The translations under genes and the position numbers were made by a program. Source: Spirochaetia bacterium (lineage in GTDB: Bacteria > Spirochaetota > Spirochaetia > DSM-2461). Taken from it: a stretch of 64,000 nucleotides of DNA. Positions 1-12,298 of the stretch are shown in pieces. The stretch covers positions 928,001 through 992,000 of the forward strand of contig OY764216.1 in assembly GCA_963668315.1 (NCBI GenBank), in the 5' to 3' direction. How positions within the stretch are numbered: position 1 is the stretch's first letter; each line of letters starts with the position of its first letter. The notes beneath the pieces were generated by a model. The model did no database searches and was not told where the DNA came from. It saw only the letters and a list, made by a program, of their open reading frames with translations.

Positions 1-759
1 GACAGGGAGAGCTGCACCGATGTGCTGAACTGTTCCCGATCCGATCTGGACAGCATACGCTGGAAGAACCTCTCCTATGTCATGCAGGGATCGATGAACG
101 TGCTGAATCCGGTAAGGAAAATCCACAAATCCTTCATCGATTTCGCCTACAAGCATATGGATATTCCCGACAAGGAGGAGTTCCGCAAGGCCGTCGTGAA
201 GTATCTGGCCAAGCTCCGCCTTCCCGCGGAAGTACTGAACTCCTACCCCCACGAGCTTTCCGGCGGAATGAGGCAGCGCGTTATCATCGCCCTGGCTACC
301 ATCTGCAATCCCGATGTCATCGTGGCGGACGAACCGACCACGGCTCTGGACGTGGTGGTGCAGCGGGAGACTCTGAACCTAATACGGGAGATTCAGGTAC
401 AGCAGAAGAATACGGTCCTTTTGATTACCCACGATATGGCCGTTCACGCCAATATCGCCGACAGAATCGGCATTATGTACGCCGGGCGTCTGGTGGAAGA
501 GGGGAAGACAAGGGACATTTTCTACTCTCCCAGCCATCCCTATACGCAGCACCTTATCAGTTCCCTGCCCCGGATCGGCGATTCCAGCCACAAAGAGGGT
601 CTCAAGGGAAATCCTCCCAATCTGGCTTCACCCCCGACGGGATGTCCCTTTCATCCCCGCTGTCCCCGGGCCGGAAAAGAGTGCGCCGAGAAAACCCCCG
701 CCATGGAAGTGATCGGGGATGAACACCGGGTCGCCTGCTTTTATCACGGCGCCAAATGA
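1..759 (+). CDS. Oligopeptide/dipeptide-family ABC transporter ATP-binding subunit (OppD/DppD-like), 5'-truncated by the window edge
   Basis: Frame is open from base 1; [12 protein letters not shown] signature, Walker [14 protein letters not shown]-loop ITHD, C-terminal HPYT and GCPFHPRC oligo-HPY domain. Confidence 0.92.
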   Translation, partial: DRESCTDVLNCSRSDLDSIRWKNLSYVMQGSMNVLNPVRKIHKSFIDFAYKHMDIPDKEEFRKAVVKYLAKLRLPAEVLNSYPHELSGGMRQRVIIALATICNPDVIVADEPTTALDVVVQRETLNLIREIQVQQKNTVLLITHDMAVHANIADRIGIMYAGRLVEEGKTRDIFYSPSHPYTQHLISSLPRIGDSSHKEGLKGNPPNLASPPTGCPFHPRCPRAGKECAEKTPAMEVIGDEHRVACFYHGAK

Positions 760-769
760 GGAGAAGACG

Positions 770-1735
770 ATGAGCCAAGTACAGTTAGCCATAAAGAATG
801 CCGTTAAGGAGTACCGGTTGGGAGGAATTGTTTCCGGCACGACCTTCCGGGCGGTCAATGAAGTGAATTTTGAGTTATACACGGGAAAACCGGAGGTCTT
901 TTCCATTATCGGGGAGTCCGGATCGGGCAAGACGACCCTGTCCCGGATGATCCTGCGCCTGATCAAGAATGACGGGGGATCCATCGAACTGGACGGTAAA
1001 GATCTGAACAAGATCAAGGGCCGAAAGGGCGAGATGGACTTCATGTCCCGGGTCCAGCCGATCTTTCAGAATCCCTTCGAAACCTTCAATCCCCTGAGCC
1101 GGGTGGACCGGTATCTTCTGGATACGGCGACGCACTTTTTTCCCGAAGACGCCCATCCCGAGAAACGGGTGGAAGAGGCTCTGGAGGCGGTAGGCCTGAG
1201 CCTGGAGGAGATAAGCAGACGATATCCCCACGAACTTTCCGGAGGACAGCTGCAGAGAACGTCCATCGCCCGGGCCATTATTCCCAAGCCGGAGATTCTC
1301 ATCGCCGATGAGCCGGTCTCGATGATTGACGCTTCTCTGAGAATGAGTATTGTCAATCTGTTCTCCAGCCTGAAGGAGCGTTTTGATACCTCGATTATCT
1401 ACATCACCCACGACCTGGCCACGGCCTATTATGTGAGCGACAGAATCGCGATTATGCACCGGGGGATTTTCGTGGAGCAGGGAGAAGCCAAGGCCATACT
1501 GGAAAACCCCAGGCACCCCTACACCAAGCTGCTCGTCCGGGCGGCTCTTGATCCGTCGCCCGACGCGGAGGACTTTGATTATAAGCCCTCCCGTTTTGAA
1601 GGGGAGGAGTTTACCGCTAAGGGTTGTCTCTTCGCCGACCGATGTGAAGAAGCAGGGAACGAGTGTTTCCATGTACTTCCCAAGGAAGTAAGTATGGAAG
1701 ACCGGGTCATTCGTTGCCTGAAATATAATAACTAG
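770..1735 (+). CDS. Oligopeptide/dipeptide-family ABC transporter ATP-binding subunit (OppF/DppF-like)
   Basis: Walker [43 protein letters not shown] at 770 follows GAGGAG SD. Confidence 0.92.
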   Translation: MSQVQLAIKNAVKEYRLGGIVSGTTFRAVNEVNFELYTGKPEVFSIIGESGSGKTTLSRMILRLIKNDGGSIELDGKDLNKIKGRKGEMDFMSRVQPIFQNPFETFNPLSRVDRYLLDTATHFFPEDAHPEKRVEEALEAVGLSLEEISRRYPHELSGGQLQRTSIARAIIPKPEILIADEPVSMIDASLRMSIVNLFSSLKERFDTSIIYITHDLATAYYVSDRIAIMHRGIFVEQGEAKAILENPRHPYTKLLVRAALDPSPDAEDFDYKPSRFEGEEFTAKGCLFADRCEEAGNECFHVLPKEVSMEDRVIRCLKYNN

Positions 1736-1748
1736 ATAGTATAATTGA

Positions 1749-3278
<1,530 letters not shown>

Positions 3279-3370
3279 CGGAAAAAAGGCGATGCCGTTC
3301 CTGCGAACTGAGGGCGGCATCGAAAGAGTATGCCCGGCGGGGAGCTGCTTCGCCGGGAAGGAGATTAATC

Positions 3371-4837
3371 ATGGATAGTGCTGTTCTTAACGGAGATATC
3401 AGAAAAAATAAAATAAGCCGTCATATATACGGTCATTTTTCCGAGCACCTGGGCCGCTGCATCTACGGCGGTTTCTGGGTGGGCCCCGATTCTTCCATTC
3501 CCAATACGGAGGGGATTCGAAACGATGTGGTCGACGCGCTCAAAAAACTGAAGATTCCCAACCTTCGCTGGCCCGGCGGCTGTTTTGCCGACGAGTACCA
3601 CTGGGAAGACGGCATCGGTCCCCGGGAAGAACGGCCTACCATGATTAATACCCACTGGGGCGGGGTGATCGAGAACAACCACTTCGGCACCCATGAGTTC
3701 CTGAGGCTCTGCGAGCTTCTGGAGTGCGAGCCCTATATCTGCGGCAACGTGGGAAGCGGAACGGTCAAGGAGATGTCCTCCTGGGTCGAGTACATGACCA
3801 TGGACGGCAAGAGTCCCATGGCCGACCTGAGGCGGGAAAACGGACGGGAAGAGCCCTGGCCTCTGACCTACTTCGGAGTGGGGAATGAGAACTGGGGCTG
3901 CGGCGGCAACATGAGGCCCGAGTATTATGCCGATCTTTTCCGCCGTTACGCCACCTACTGCCGCGATTACGGGGATAACAAGCTTTTCAAGATCGCCTGC
4001 GGTCCCAATACGGATGATTACCACTGGACCGAAGTGCTTATGCGGGAAGTCGCCAAAGTCGGCTTCCAGGGACACTGGCTGATGAACGGCCTCTCCCTTC
4101 ACTACTATACCGTTCCCGGTACCTGGGCCCAGAAAGGTTCCGCCACGGATTTCAGTCTGGAGGATTGGAATTCCACCATGGAGAAAGCCCTCTACATGGA
4201 TGAGCTGATTGCAAGGCACGGAGCCATCATGGACCGCTACGACCCGGAAAAGCGGGTGGCCCTTGTCTTTGACGAATGGGGAACCTGGTTCGATGTGGAA
4301 CCGGGGACAAATCCGGGATTTCTCTATCAGCAGAATACCCAGAGGGATGCCCTGGTCGCCGCCATCGGATTGAATATTTTCAACAACCGATCCGACCGGC
4401 TGCGCATCGCCAATATCGCCCAGACGATCAACGTGCTCCAGGCGATGATTCTGACCGAAGAGGACAAGATGGTTCTTACCCCGACCTACCACGTCTTCGA
4501 GATGTTCAAGGAGCATCAGGATAACGATCTTCTGGCCCTGGATCATCTTCCCAGGGAAGTCAGCGGAAGCGCTTCCATCAATGAGAAGGGTGAGATTTTC
4601 GTGACTCTGGCCAATATGTCGGGTGTGGAAAAATGTCAGTTTGAGCTGGATGTCAGAGGCTTTGAAGTGAACGGAGTAAGCGGCAGGATCCTTCAGCCCC
4701 AGGACTACAGGGATTTCAATAGTTTCGAGAATCCTGAAAAGGTAAAACCCAGGGTAATGGACAATCTCGTCAGAGAGGGGAACTCCCTGCGTATCTCTCT
4801 GCCGGCGGCTTCTGTAATTGCTTTACAAATAATCTGA
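3371..4837 (+). CDS. Alpha-L-arabinofuranosidase, GH51 (Abf2/Xsa type)
   Basis: [58 protein letters not shown] 3371 after AAGGAG. Confidence 0.93.
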   Translation: MDSAVLNGDIRKNKISRHIYGHFSEHLGRCIYGGFWVGPDSSIPNTEGIRNDVVDALKKLKIPNLRWPGGCFADEYHWEDGIGPREERPTMINTHWGGVIENNHFGTHEFLRLCELLECEPYICGNVGSGTVKEMSSWVEYMTMDGKSPMADLRRENGREEPWPLTYFGVGNENWGCGGNMRPEYYADLFRRYATYCRDYGDNKLFKIACGPNTDDYHWTEVLMREVAKVGFQGHWLMNGLSLHYYTVPGTWAQKGSATDFSLEDWNSTMEKALYMDELIARHGAIMDRYDPEKRVALVFDEWGTWFDVEPGTNPGFLYQQNTQRDALVAAIGLNIFNNRSDRLRIANIAQTINVLQAMILTEEDKMVLTPTYHVFEMFKEHQDNDLLALDHLPREVSGSASINEKGEIFVTLANMSGVEKCQFELDVRGFEVNGVSGRILQPQDYRDFNSFENPEKVKPRVMDNLVREGNSLRISLPAASVIALQII

Positions 4838-4858
4838 TATGAATTATTCTAGGCCATT

Positions 4859-5794
4859 ATGACTAAAAAAGAAACGTCCCCTCGAGTTATGCTTCTCAGT
4901 CCCAAAAGGGATATTCATATAATCAAGGCTCTGGCGTCGGATATCCGTATGGATATACTGACGCTGCTCCAGAGCGAAGAGCTGAATATAAACAGCATCT
5001 CCGAGATTTTGAAAATTCCCCAGTCTACCGCGGCGACGAATATACAGACCCTGGAGAAGGCCGGTCTTGTCAGTTCCACGATTTTCCGCGGCGGAAAGGG
5101 TGTTCAGAAAGTCTGCCGGGCTCTTTACGATGAGTTCATAATCCGGATGGATGATTCGGTGAAAGCCGAGGATAATGTCATAGAGGTCGAGATGCCCCTG
5201 GGGCTTTTCATCAAGTATAAAGTGAACGTCCCCTGCGGTATCTGCTCGCCCGAAAAGATTCTGGGAAACCTGGATATGCCGACGGCTTTTCTGAGCCCGG
5301 AACGGGTCAAGGCGGCCCTTATCTGGTTCGGCAGCGGCTCCATCGACTATCAGTTTCCCAATAATGCCTTTGAACACAGCAAACCCCTCAAGGCCCTGGA
5401 GTTTGAAATGGAACTTTCCTCGGAAGTCCCCGGGACCAATCCGGACTGGCCTTCGGATATCTCCCTGGCGATAAACGGAGTCTCCCTGGGCCATTGGACC
5501 TCACCGGGGGATTTCGGTGACAAACGGGGAAAATTCACCCCCGAATGGTGGAAGCTCAAAGGGTCCCAGTACGGTATCCTGACAACATGGCGCGTCGATA
5601 AAACGGGGACCTATGTGAATAACAAGAAAATCAGCTCCGTGGTTCTGAATGACCTGGAAGTTATGGAGCATCATTCCGTGCGGTTGAATATTTCCGCCGA
5701 TCTTGAAGCGGAGAATGCCGGCGGACTGAATATTTTCGGCAAGGGATTCGGAAATTACGAGAGAGATATCCTCATGAGGATGATATTCACTTAA
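4859..5794 (+). CDS. ArsR-type HTH transcriptional regulator with long C-terminal ligand-binding domain (COG4189-like)
   Basis: N-terminal KALASDIRMDIL...INSISEILKIPQST wHTH; C-terminal ELSSEVPG..DWPSDI, WTSPGDFGDKRGKFTPEWW, SQYG motifs. Confidence 0.8.
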   Translation: MTKKETSPRVMLLSPKRDIHIIKALASDIRMDILTLLQSEELNINSISEILKIPQSTAATNIQTLEKAGLVSSTIFRGGKGVQKVCRALYDEFIIRMDDSVKAEDNVIEVEMPLGLFIKYKVNVPCGICSPEKILGNLDMPTAFLSPERVKAALIWFGSGSIDYQFPNNAFEHSKPLKALEFEMELSSEVPGTNPDWPSDISLAINGVSLGHWTSPGDFGDKRGKFTPEWWKLKGSQYGILTTWRVDKTGTYVNNKKISSVVLNDLEVMEHHSVRLNISADLEAENAGGLNIFGKGFGNYERDILMRMIFT

Positions 5795-5856
5795 AATAAA
5801 CCTGTATTTATGATATGCTGAAATAATAAACTATCTGATGCAGGAGAAACAGGCCG

Positions 5857-8286
5857 GTGAAATTTGAATCGATTCGTGAAGAGGGTAATAGTCTGTACAT
5901 TGAGGGTGAGAATTCGTCCTTACGGCTGGAGGCCGTCGGGGAGAATATCATCCGCTGCTCCCTGGCCGGCGGGAATTTTCACCGGTCTTCCGATTTAGTA
6001 CTTGAACAGAAACCTCTGCCTCTGGCCTATGCCGACAGGGAAGGTTCTTACGAACTGGAAACGGAGATCCTGGCACTCAGCATTGACCGGGAATCGGGTC
6101 GTTTTACCTGGAAGGATAAAGCATCGGGCTCTGTTCTTCTGAGGGAAGGGGATAAAACCCTGACTCCCGTGGATGTGATACGGTACAGCACCCAGGGGGA
6201 AGAGCCCATCCTGGAAAGGATAAAGACGGTTGACGGGGAGAGAAGCTTCATCAGGAATCTGAAGCCCCATGTGGACAGAACCGCCTATCGGGCCAAGATA
6301 AATTTCGACTTTCAGGATGATGAGGGAATCTACGGACTGGGCCAGGCCGAAGAGGGAATTTTCAACTACCGCCATAGCAACCAGTATCTTTACCAGCATA
6401 ATATGCGGATTCCCATTCCCTTTTTTATCTCTTCCAAGGGTTACGGGATCCTGGTGGACTGCGGTTCTCTTATGACATTCAATGATGACCGCCGGGGAAG
6501 CTATCTTTTCTGCGATACGGTGGATCAGCTGGATTATTACTTTATTGCCGGAAAGGATTTTGACGAGATCATCGCCGGATACAGGGAGCTGACCGGCCGG
6601 GCTGTCATGCTGTCCCGATGGACCTACGGCTACGTCCAGTCCAAGGAAGCCTACCGGACGGGGGACGAGCTGGTGGACGTGGCCCGGAAATACCGGGAAC
6701 TTTCCATTCCCCTGGACTGTATCGTACAGGACTGGAATACTTGGGAGCCGGGAAAATGGGGACAGAAAACCGTGGACAAGACCCGTTACCCCGATCTGAA
6801 GAGAACCAATGAAGCGCTTCACTCCATGAATGTTCACTCCATGGTGTCCGTGTGGCCCAATATGAATCCCGGCTGCGAGAACCACGGGGAGTTTGCCGAG
6901 GCCGGGCTGCTCCTGAACGACAACTCCACCTACGATGCCTTTTCCGAGAAGGGGAGGGCCATCTATTTCAGGCAGGCCGAAGAGGAGCTCTTCAAAGGGG
7001 GCTTTGACTCCTGGTGGTGCGACTCGACCGAACCCTTTCCCGGTCCCGACTGGCAGGGCTCGGAGTTGCGGGAACCCTGGGAGCGCTACCATCTGGTCGG
7101 AGAGGAGCACAAGCAGTTCCTCGATCCGGGCCAGGCGAATCTCTTTGCCCTTATGCATGCCCGGGGCATCTACGAAAACCAGCGGGCCGGCTATCCCGGC
7201 AAGAGGGTGGTGAACCTGACCCGCTCCGGCTACGCCTCTTCCCAGCGCTTCGGAACGGTCCTCTGGTCGGGGGATATCGCCGCGACCTGGGACGTTATGA
7301 AGAAGCAGATAGCCGAAGGCCTGAACTTCGCCCTGAGCGGCATGCCCTACTGGACGCTGGATATCGGCGCCTTCTTTACGGTGGGTAAAGAGTGGCGCAA
7401 CCGGGGCTGCGGTCAGAACGAAAATCCCAATCCTCTCTGGTTCTGGAAGGGCGATTATGACGAGGGCGTGAAAGATCCGGCCTACCGGGAACTATATGTC
7501 CGCTGGCTGCAGTTCGGAGCCTTCCTCTCTATGTTCCGTTCCCACGGGACCGACACGCCCCGGGAAATCTGGAATTTCGGAAAGCCGGGCGATATGTTTT
7601 ACGACACCATAGCTTCCTTCATCCGCCTTCGTTACCGCTTGATTCCCTATATCTATTCTCTGGCGTCCCTGGTTAACAGGAAACATTACACCATGGTCAG
7701 GAGCCTCCTTTTTGATTTCCCTGAGGACGAAGAGGCTCTCTCCCTCGCGGACGAGTTCATGTTCGGTCCGGCTTTTCTGGTCTGTCCCGTAACGGAGCCT
7801 ATGTACTACGACAGAAACGGGAAAATGGAGGGGACCGTAAAAAGCCGCCGCTGTTATCTCCCCGGCAAGGGTGTGAAATGGCTGGATTTCTGGACGGGGG
7901 AAGAGTTCGGCGGCTGCCAGTGGATAACGGCCGATGCTCCCCTGGAGAGAATGCCCCTCTTTGTCCGGGCCGGTTCCATCATACCCATGGCCGAGGGCCT
8001 TCAGTATGCCGATCAGGCCGACGGGGCCGATCTGGATATTCATGTGTATCCCGGAGCCGACGGTTCCTTTGAGCTCTATGAGGACGAAGGGGACAATTAC
8101 GCCTACGAAGAGGGGGCTTTTTCTCTGATTCCCCTGGATTGGAATGACGCCGATAAGGTTCTGGTTCTGGGTGACAGGCAGGGGACCTATCCGGGAATGA
8201 GAGAAAAGAGGAATATCAGGGTTCACCTTGAGGGAGAGACGAAAAGCCTGATGTACGAGGGACAGGCCGCTTCCTTCTCATTTTAA
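5857..8286 (+). CDS. Glycoside hydrolase family 31 (alpha-xylosidase/alpha-glucosidase-like)
   Basis: IPLDCIVQDW, nucleophile WWCDSTEP, acid/base WSGDI, DIGAF, ELYVRWLQFGAF, FRSHG, LYEDEGDNY. Confidence 0.9.
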   Translation: MKFESIREEGNSLYIEGENSSLRLEAVGENIIRCSLAGGNFHRSSDLVLEQKPLPLAYADREGSYELETEILALSIDRESGRFTWKDKASGSVLLREGDKTLTPVDVIRYSTQGEEPILERIKTVDGERSFIRNLKPHVDRTAYRAKINFDFQDDEGIYGLGQAEEGIFNYRHSNQYLYQHNMRIPIPFFISSKGYGILVDCGSLMTFNDDRRGSYLFCDTVDQLDYYFIAGKDFDEIIAGYRELTGRAVMLSRWTYGYVQSKEAYRTGDELVDVARKYRELSIPLDCIVQDWNTWEPGKWGQKTVDKTRYPDLKRTNEALHSMNVHSMVSVWPNMNPGCENHGEFAEAGLLLNDNSTYDAFSEKGRAIYFRQAEEELFKGGFDSWWCDSTEPFPGPDWQGSELREPWERYHLVGEEHKQFLDPGQANLFALMHARGIYENQRAGYPGKRVVNLTRSGYASSQRFGTVLWSGDIAATWDVMKKQIAEGLNFALSGMPYWTLDIGAFFTVGKEWRNRGCGQNENPNPLWFWKGDYDEGVKDPAYRELYVRWLQFGAFLSMFRSHGTDTPREIWNFGKPGDMFYDTIASFIRLRYRLIPYIYSLASLVNRKHYTMVRSLLFDFPEDEEALSLADEFMFGPAFLVCPVTEPMYYDRNGKMEGTVKSRRCYLPGKGVKWLDFWTGEEFGGCQWITADAPLERMPLFVRAGSIIPMAEGLQYADQADGADLDIHVYPGADGSFELYEDEGDNYAYEEGAFSLIPLDWNDADKVLVLGDRQGTYPGMREKRNIRVHLEGETKSLMYEGQAASFSF

Positions 8287-8305
8287 CAGGGACAATCCCC
8301 GGCCT

Positions 8306-9052
8306 TCACTTTTTCAGCTGCCCCTTGCTGTCCACCAGGTCGGGATATAGCTCCTTCAGGCAATTGGGGCATATCCCGTGGCTGAAGGAGACATCCTTCT
8401 TCCTGTGCATATAGTCGTCGACGGGCTGCCATTTTCCCTCATCGTCAAGGATCTTTTTGCAGTGGGAGCAGATGGGGAGAAGCTCTTCGAGGGTGGCTAT
8501 CTGCAGCTTGTAAAGGTTTCTGTTCCGTTCGTAGGAGAAGAGGATAAAGCCGATGCAGGAGTGTACGAGCAAGGCCGCCAGCGTCTCTATTCCGTTATAC
8601 GCCACGGCAATTCTCCCCCGGGAGGACAAGAGAAAGAGCAGACCTATGATGATCAGGAAGGAGAGGGTCAGGATAAGTCCTTTCCTCTGACTGTGGAGAG
8701 AGAAGAAGAGGGGAGGCAGGATCAGGGTCCAGATAATGCCTGTGTTGCCGAAGCCGCCGTTCCAGTAAAGATATATACCCATGGCTATGACGAGGACAGT
8801 TAGCAATCTCCTCGGACCCCGGCTTTTCTTCCTCAGGATAAGGCTGTAAAACGTATAGATCAGCATTATCGTGCTGCTTATCAATTCCGCCCTGCCCGCC
8901 GTGACTCTGCCTACTTTTACATTGACGATTCCGAATAGGAAAATCAGGAGAGAGATAATGATGGAAAAGGACAGGGTTATTCTGGTTTTCATGATATCAG
9001 ATTCCGCCCCGTCATCGAGCTGTACTTTTTTTCCCTTCTTTTTTAACTTCAT
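8306..9052 (-). CDS. Multi-pass membrane protein with C-terminal Cys-rich module (LPICxxCKKI...FSHGICPxC)
   Basis: About 5-6 hydrophobic segments followed by LLPICSHCKKILDDEGKW...FSHGICPNC. Confidence 0.75.
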   Translation of the reverse strand: MKLKKKGKKVQLDDGAESDIMKTRITLSFSIIISLLIFLFGIVNVKVGRVTAGRAELISSTIMLIYTFYSLILRKKSRGPRRLLTVLVIAMGIYLYWNGGFGNTGIIWTLILPPLFFSLHSQRKGLILTLSFLIIIGLLFLLSSRGRIAVAYNGIETLAALLVHSCIGFILFSYERNRNLYKLQIATLEELLPICSHCKKILDDEGKWQPVDDYMHRKKDVSFSHGICPNCLKELYPDLVDSKGQLKK

Positions 9053-9141
9053 AGGGTAATTATAAGCCCCGGTGTGGCAATTCTCAAGTTTTCATGATTA
9101 ATTGCAGCGCCATCGGGGAAAGAGCCGTTACCCCATTAACA

Positions 9142-11955
9142 TCAGCACTCCTCATAACAATGATTCTTAATATCGAATCGTGTCCCTTCGAAGGTCCGTA
9201 TCAGGCTGGTACTGACCCGGAGTTCCACCCGGTTTGTCCCTTCGTTCAAGGCGGAAGCATCCGTTTCTACCCTATAGGGCATCCAGGGGGCCGGCAGGAA
9301 GGGACCCCCGTTCAGGCTGATTTCCAGGGCGTCCTGAAAAGGAACGGGAGGGAGGAGTTCAAGCCGGGTTTTTCCCGTGGATTCCGTCGTACTCCCGTAG
9401 TTGAAATCGAATGCATAGAGCAGCCGCCCCGAATAATAGGGAAGGCCCATCTGCCGGTAATCGTCGAACCGGCAGGGGGTGAACCGGCCCTTCGGCGGAG
9501 CGGCAGTGAGAGAGTCGTCTCTATTCACCAGGAAATCTCCCGCCAGATAAAGGGGAGATACCAGACCGTCGTCCAGTTTCTCGGCGTCGCAGAAAATTTC
9601 CAGGGTGTTCCGGCCTTGGGAGAGCGCCCCATCAAGGGAGAGGCTTCCGGTCCCCCTGACCGGATAATCCCCGGGTTTCAGGTTAACACCGCCTCCCAGG
9701 TCCTTTCCGTTAAGACGAATCTTCCATTTCCCTCTCAGCGATCCCGGTTCGATCATCAGTTCCGCCCCTTTGGAGGCTGCGGGGTCAAGGAGGACGATTT
9801 CTCTTCGATAGATTACTGACTGCGGGCTTGCCGTCAGATCGGGCATCCAGCCGAAGTAGTGCTGAATGGCCGGTTTCCATGAAAAACCGCCCTCGTCTAT
9901 CTGATTGATGAGGGGAGAAGCCGAAACGGAATGGTTTTCGCCGTTCAGCTCCATTTCCCAGCTGTCCAGGCGCAGGTAGTTCTTCCCCAGGGGGCGGGCG
10001 TCCAGATCCGAAGGTATGTGAATGATGACCGGCCCATCGGACGGGACGTCCTCGCTCTTCGTCTCGGAAGGGGCCGTCAGGAAGGATTCGAAAGGAGCGA
10101 TGACCTTGCGGCAGGCCGTTCTGGCCCGGGGTTCGGAGCCGGAGAATTCGGTGATGCCCATTCTGCGGGCGAAGGATATTTCCAGGGGGGAATCTCCTGT
10201 GTTCAGGAAAAAATATATTCTCTCGCCGGTTATCTTTTCCCTGGTGACCATCCATAGCCGTTCGGGACTCTTTCCCGAGAGGGAGAAGGAGAGGGAAGGC
10301 GCGATTTCCAGCCCTTCCAGGTCTTCCGCCGTTCTAACAATCTGCACAAGTCCGCCCCGGGAGGTAAAGCTTTCCAGGGCGGCCGCCTTATCCGGTTCCT
10401 CGCTGGCCGTCTCCAATACGAGAAGGGTCTTCCCCCTGAGATCTTTTCCCAGTCCTTCGATGATATCCGGTTCCACCATGAGAAAATCGATTTGCCGGCC
10501 GGCCAGGGCATACAACAGGCCCTGATAATTTTCCCGCTCCTTCTCCGTGGGCAGCGATCCGGTCGGATCGTAGATATAGAGATCCGAGTGGATACGGGTG
10601 GCATCAAAGGCCTCCTGGATGTGGGCAATACGCTCCGACAGAAGATGGGTCAGCGGCCAGTAGGGCATCTGGAAGAAGAAGGTGGGCGGCGCGTCGTGCT
10701 TCGTCAGGCCGTGGGTGGTATAGAAGTAGCCGTGGGGCACCAGCATGGTTATGCCCATGAGAACCAGGCTCTCCGCGATAATCCTTGCATCCAGCAGTGT
10801 TCCGCTCCAGCCCAGGCTGTGATAGCATTCGCACAGGCATCCTTCCTTATCGTAGAACTTGGCCGCCGAAGCGCAGGCCCGGGCATTGCCCCTCAAGGTT
10901 GACCTGATTATATCGGGGATCCTTCCCGCTTTGGTATGGCCCGGATCGCAGCCGGGAATAGCCATATGCTTCATCTGGCGCAGGTACAGAGAAGGTTTTT
11001 CTCCGCAGTAGCGAATCCCGTTTTCTTCGCACCATCGGCTTACGGGGATTTCAAAGCTCTCCTCGAAGAGTTTGTACTTGAGGCGGTAGAGATTTTGTCT
11101 TATGCCGTCGGCTCCGGGAAAACTGTCGCTGATCAGGGCGGGCAGCTTATCGGTAAGCTCCTCACCGTAGGCCTTTTTGTACTCTTCGGGCAGGCGGGCA
11201 GACCAATCCGGTTCTATCTCGTCGGTAAAGGATGAGAAAAAGAGGGACGAGAGTTCCTCTCCGAAATAATCCCCATAGGCCTTGTGCGTCTTGGTAAGGA
11301 AATACTCCATGGCCTCGGGATTCAGGACATCGGGAAGGGTTCCCCAATATTTGAAGCGATCCTGTTCGGTTTGAACCGAGACGCAGAGGCTATACTCCCC
11401 CTTTTCCAGTTCCATTATCAATGTAGGAACAGGCCGGGAGGCGAAGTAGCGTTTCTGGTTATAAGACGTCAGCCCCCCCGCATGGAAGGTGTGGTCTGCC
11501 AGGACCATTCCTATATGAGAGGTGACATCCCTGCGGTTATCCCATAACTCCCTTTCCCCTTCCATGGGGACGAGAGTGGCGTTGAGAATATGCCCCTCCG
11601 GAAGAGGCAGGGAGACGCTGCCTCCCGAAAGGGAGTAGTTCTTCTGTACGAGGTGGGTGCCCCTGAATTCGGGACGGCCCAGGGTGACGAAACCGCCGGC
11701 GGATCCGGAGGGATAGGGATATTCATCGTAGATGTGCGCCGTCATGTCCTTGTCCCGGCTGTATTCAGCCGTCTGTCTGAGAAGGGCGAAGAAGCTCTCC
11801 GACAGATAGGGGAGGGTCATGCCCTGGCGGAAATGGATATAGAATCCATTAATCCCCTGTTCTGCCATCAGATCTATCTGGTGTCGGATCTCCTCTATCT
11901 CCATGTCGCCGTTCCAGAACCAGAACGGATGAAATCCTGTTGTCTTTTTGTCCAT
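9142..11955 (-). CDS. Large glycoside hydrolase, GH106 (alpha-L-rhamnosidase)-like with C-terminal beta-sandwich domain
   Basis: PFWFWNG, GFYIHFRQG, IYDEYPYPSGSAGG, FTDE, CECY..LGW, PHGYFY, GLPYYSG; GGAGG SD. Confidence 0.7.
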   Translation of the reverse strand: MDKKTTGFHPFWFWNGDMEIEEIRHQIDLMAEQGINGFYIHFRQGMTLPYLSESFFALLRQTAEYSRDKDMTAHIYDEYPYPSGSAGGFVTLGRPEFRGTHLVQKNYSLSGGSVSLPLPEGHILNATLVPMEGERELWDNRRDVTSHIGMVLADHTFHAGGLTSYNQKRYFASRPVPTLIMELEKGEYSLCVSVQTEQDRFKYWGTLPDVLNPEAMEYFLTKTHKAYGDYFGEELSSLFFSSFTDEIEPDWSARLPEEYKKAYGEELTDKLPALISDSFPGADGIRQNLYRLKYKLFEESFEIPVSRWCEENGIRYCGEKPSLYLRQMKHMAIPGCDPGHTKAGRIPDIIRSTLRGNARACASAAKFYDKEGCLCECYHSLGWSGTLLDARIIAESLVLMGITMLVPHGYFYTTHGLTKHDAPPTFFFQMPYWPLTHLLSERIAHIQEAFDATRIHSDLYIYDPTGSLPTEKERENYQGLLYALAGRQIDFLMVEPDIIEGLGKDLRGKTLLVLETASEEPDKAAALESFTSRGGLVQIVRTAEDLEGLEIAPSLSFSLSGKSPERLWMVTREKITGERIYFFLNTGDSPLEISFARRMGITEFSGSEPRARTACRKVIAPFESFLTAPSETKSEDVPSDGPVIIHIPSDLDARPLGKNYLRLDSWEMELNGENHSVSASPLINQIDEGGFSWKPAIQHYFGWMPDLTASPQSVIYRREIVLLDPAASKGAELMIEPGSLRGKWKIRLNGKDLGGGVNLKPGDYPVRGTGSLSLDGALSQGRNTLEIFCDAEKLDDGLVSPLYLAGDFLVNRDDSLTAAPPKGRFTPCRFDDYRQMGLPYYSGRLLYAFDFNYGSTTESTGKTRLELLPPVPFQDALEISLNGGPFLPAPWMPYRVETDASALNEGTNRVELRVSTSLIRTFEGTRFDIKNHCYEEC

Positions 11956-12177
11956 CCTTTCCTCCGTATTTCACAGTGTAGGGGAATATCGGGGAGAATA
12001 ATATAAAAATATTGCCAATTAATTGTCTTTTATACCCAAAAATCAAATGGAACGCACCGATCCTGACCTGGGGATCGGGAAGAGAGAGAATCTGATCAGG
12101 AGGTGACTTTCGACCATAATGTAAAATGTTCTAAAAAGTCAAAAATTGTGTATATGCAAAAAAATAACTCTAAAATA

Positions 12178-12214
12178 TTGACATATGCAAAATAAATAAA
12201 TATTGTATTTTGCA
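12178..12214 (+). promoter_or_regulatory. Sigma70-type promoter of the DUF917 operon with overlapping inverted repeat
   Basis: TTGACA (12178-83), 17 nt spacer, TATTGT (12201-06); TGCAAAATA (12186-94) / TATTTTGCA (12206-14) inverted repeat. Confidence 0.6.
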
Positions 12215-12298
12215 ATAGCTATTTTATGGGGAATCTGATTTACGCGAAAAATATAGGGGTTCTATCACAAACAAATGTAGTTGTTGCAGGGGAAGATA

